DNA from: Eledone cirrhosa
Lineage: Eukaryota
Direction of reading: 5' to 3'
Assembly: GCA_964016885.1 (NCBI GenBank)
Contig: OZ024742.1
Location: forward strand, 147,498,001-147,562,000
DNA length: 64,000 bases
Under the pieces are notes generated by a model that saw only the letters and a list, made by a program, of their open reading frames with translations, was not told the DNA's origin and searched no databases. The position numbers were made by a program, and so were the translations under genes. Of the stretch, positions 61,407 to 64,000 are shown one piece after another (positions within the stretch are counted from its first letter, which is position 1; each line of letters opens with the position of its first letter).

Positions 61407-62025
61407 GAATGTATGTATGTATTTATATATATGTATATATATATATAATATGGTCAGATTACTCCCGAGCACTACTGATAACATGTATCTCAGTACATTC
61501 TGTCATATGATCAGGTCATTGGCAATTAAGCTGGCAACCCTACCAAGCTTGTTGGGTGAAGAGGGGGTGATTTTTCAAAAGGTGGAGGAACTCAAGATTG
61601 TCATTGGCCATACAATGGTGTGTAAAAAAAAAAAGGTGACAGAGCATGTTACCTTTGATTGACAGGTTATCTAAGAGAAAGATAACTCTGATTTTAAAAC
61701 TAGAGTAGATAAGACTACTTAATCATTCTGATGGCCAATGGCTTCATCTTTGTGATGAAGGCGGATGGACTGCGACTCTGTAGCCATATTCTGAGTAATG
61801 ATTGGACAAAGATTTAGGACCCATCAACATCACTCTTTTCCCTAATGAGAATCATGGACATACAGCATCATATAGATTAGCATTGGTGCAATTGTCCAGG
61901 TCCTTGACCCTCAGCAATGAAGATGAGAAGAACCCAAGACCAAGACCATGTATGTATGTATGTATGTATGTATGTATGTATGTATGTATGTATGTATATA
62001 TGTATGTATGTATGAATGTATGTAT

Positions 62026-62636
62026 GTCAGGTCACCAGTTGGTGCTACTGGTAACATGTATCCCAGTACAACCTGTGTCATGGTCGGGTCGTTGGCGACT
62101 AAACTGGCAACCCCACCAAGGTTTCTTGGTGAGGAAGGTGACTTTGGACATCCTGCAGGACTAAAAACAAAACCTGTCAAAGGGCAAAGGAGCTCTTAAG
62201 AGTCAATGGCTATCCAAAATCACCAGGAGAGATGACCCCTTAGCCTTTGTCAAGGCAGAATTCTAGGAGAAGGAAAACTCTGATATAACACCTGCAACCC
62301 TGATGGTATCCAATGATGTTGACTTGTTCTTCTTTTTGGTAAATATCATCTTGGTTAAGAGAGTGGGACTGGCTTTGTGCAGTGCCTTTGCTCACTATAA
62401 AAGCTTCACGGCACAGGCATTGCTTTATATCTGGAGATCTCTCTGCACTTGTCGTCACATGGTACCATGGGCCCAGCAGTAAGTGTCAATAATTGTCACA
62501 AGTGTAGCGTTTGTACCAGAGTTTTCAAGTCGCTGGCTGGACTAAAAAGTCACACTCATTCAGCGCATTGGTAAGGGTTCTCCTACATGGATATAAAGTA
62601 GTGGCCATACTCGAAAACGAGTTGGCAGCCACCATG
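62026..62636 (+). mobile_element. Non-autonomous bipartite RTE-derived retroelement in (TATG)n
   Basis: Inverted near-copy of 35132-35737; a partial copy lies at about 38075-38480. Confidence 0.78.
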
Positions 62637-63096
62637 TATGTATGTTATCTCTTTCTCTTAATTTTGAGTATATTTTTTTTGACTGGCCACCTTCCTGGTG
62701 GCAAGGTTGATGTATGTATGTGTGTATGTATGTATGTATGTATGTATGTATGTATGTATGTATGTATGTATGTATGTATGTATGTATGCATGCGTGTGTG
62801 TATGTATGTATCTACATATGTGTGTATGTATATTTGAGTGTGTTTATTTATTTATTTATGTATGTATCAGTTTACTTCTTTCTATTTCACTAAACATAAA
62901 ACTTAATTAAATTATTGAGCGAGTGAGAAAACAACCGAAGCTGTTTGATAAGCTTCATCCCATAATTATATATACCCCCCCCCCCACACACACACACATA
63001 TATATGTATGCAAAAAGTAAACAGAAGTAACAAAGCAAACAACACAGTACAATGAAGAAATATATTAGCTAAATGCTTCATATAATAGGATAAGAG

Positions 63097-63132
63097 TCTT
63101 AACGTTTCAGACACTAGTCCTTCATCAGAAGA
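63097..63132 (-). ncRNA. Minimal type I hammerhead ribozyme motif with an intact catalytic core
   Basis: TCTT-CTGATGA-A-GGAC tagt GTCT-GAAA-CG-TT-AAGA: stem I TCTT/AAGA, stem II, palindromic ACGT stem III, GUU cleavage triplet. Confidence 0.68.
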
Positions 63133-63149
63133 TAGAATGAGAAATAAAA

Positions 63150-64000
63150 GTTGAAGAACACAGGCCTCATACACAGAGACCTTTGTGTTTCTCATGATAC
63201 CTCGATCTGACTAGACTCACTTCTCAAGCTTCCCAAAGGCAAGACTCGCTTTCACAATTCTGTGATTTATTTCTGCATCAAGGGTACTATCTCTACTAAA
63301 TATACTTCTGAGATACACAAAGCTGCCCACCACATCAAGTCTTTTTCATCTCCCAAAAATGCCTGGCTCCACATATACTTCCCCAACTGGTAGAGTGTAC
63401 ATGGTCTTTGTCTTTTTTATGTTAATATTTAACCCAAATGGAATGCATGCATTGGTGGTGCCCAATATCAACTGATTTTGAAGTCTTGGAAGGCATATGT
63501 CAGCACCATGGCAAAGTAGATGGAGAACAGGGTAGGTGCAGGTATGTTACTATACTTGACACTGTTTTCCTCTGAAATTGGCTCTGAAAGTGTCCCATTG
63601 AAGTTCACTTTTACTTTCAGATTTTGATGGACTTTTTTGGATATCCCAACAAATTCAGGAGAACATTTAAATTTCCCCAATATAACCCACAATGCCCTAC
63701 GATTAACCTCATTGAAGGCTTTAGTAAGGTCCACAAATACTTGGTACAGTGGAATTCGCTGCTCAACACATTTCTCCATAAGCTGGCAGGCTGAGGAAAT
63801 CATGTCCATAGCACTCCACCCAGCTCTGAATCCCCACTGGGTCTCAGGGATACCAAGGCAGATGCATTTTATTAGATGATTCAACAAGACCTTGGATAAT
63901 ACTTTTCCCACTAATTCAAGCAGACTTATATCACGATAATCCCCACATTCAGACTTGGAGCCCTTACCCTTGTAGATCAACAGTAAAATTGCATCTGCCC
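63150..64000 (-). mobile_element. RTE/BovB-like LINE RT fragment
   Basis: YKGKGSKSECGDYRDISLL, PETQWGFRAG, FVDLTKAF, APTLFSIYF. Confidence 0.85.

Noticed and set aside
62030-62145. Canonical HDV-like or twister ribozyme call for the RTE leader
   Set aside because: A 7-bp P1-like stem with G-U is present, but I could not place HDV P3/L3/P1.1 or the twister L4/T1 core; kept only as an unclassified structured RNA.

Overview
AT-rich, microsatellite-dense animal genomic DNA. The SINE and LINE repertoire suggests a cephalopod or other mollusc (inference, not verified). There is one host gene: a minus-strand class B1 (secretin-family) GPCR of the CRF/DH44/egg-laying-hormone receptor type. Seven exons (26384 down to 1043) splice into one open frame with canonical GT-AG sites and run from the hormone-binding domain to TM5. 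Its N-terminal exon(s) were not found, and TM6-7 probably lie left of the window. The rest is intronic or intergenic DNA filled with decayed elements: RTE LINEs (one with a PHD finger inside the RT), R4/Dong-like RLE elements in (TAA)n, CRE-like and Tx1-like fragments, several Penelope-like elements (PLEs), tRNA- and Nin/Deu-domain SINEs, piggyBac and Tc1/mariner MITEs, Helitrons, a 29-bp minisatellite and a 3.8-kb (CAC/CAA)n tract. Three observations stand out. First, about ten minimal hammerhead ribozyme motifs of PLE type, many inside long fold-back palindromes (about 200-390 bp) anchored in (TA)n. Second, a (CATA)n-associated bipartite RTE-derived family whose 5' leader shows compensatory base changes, i.e. 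a conserved RNA structure. Third, an apparent partitioning of microsatellite types among retroelement families. Most long ORFs in the supplied track are repeat artefacts.
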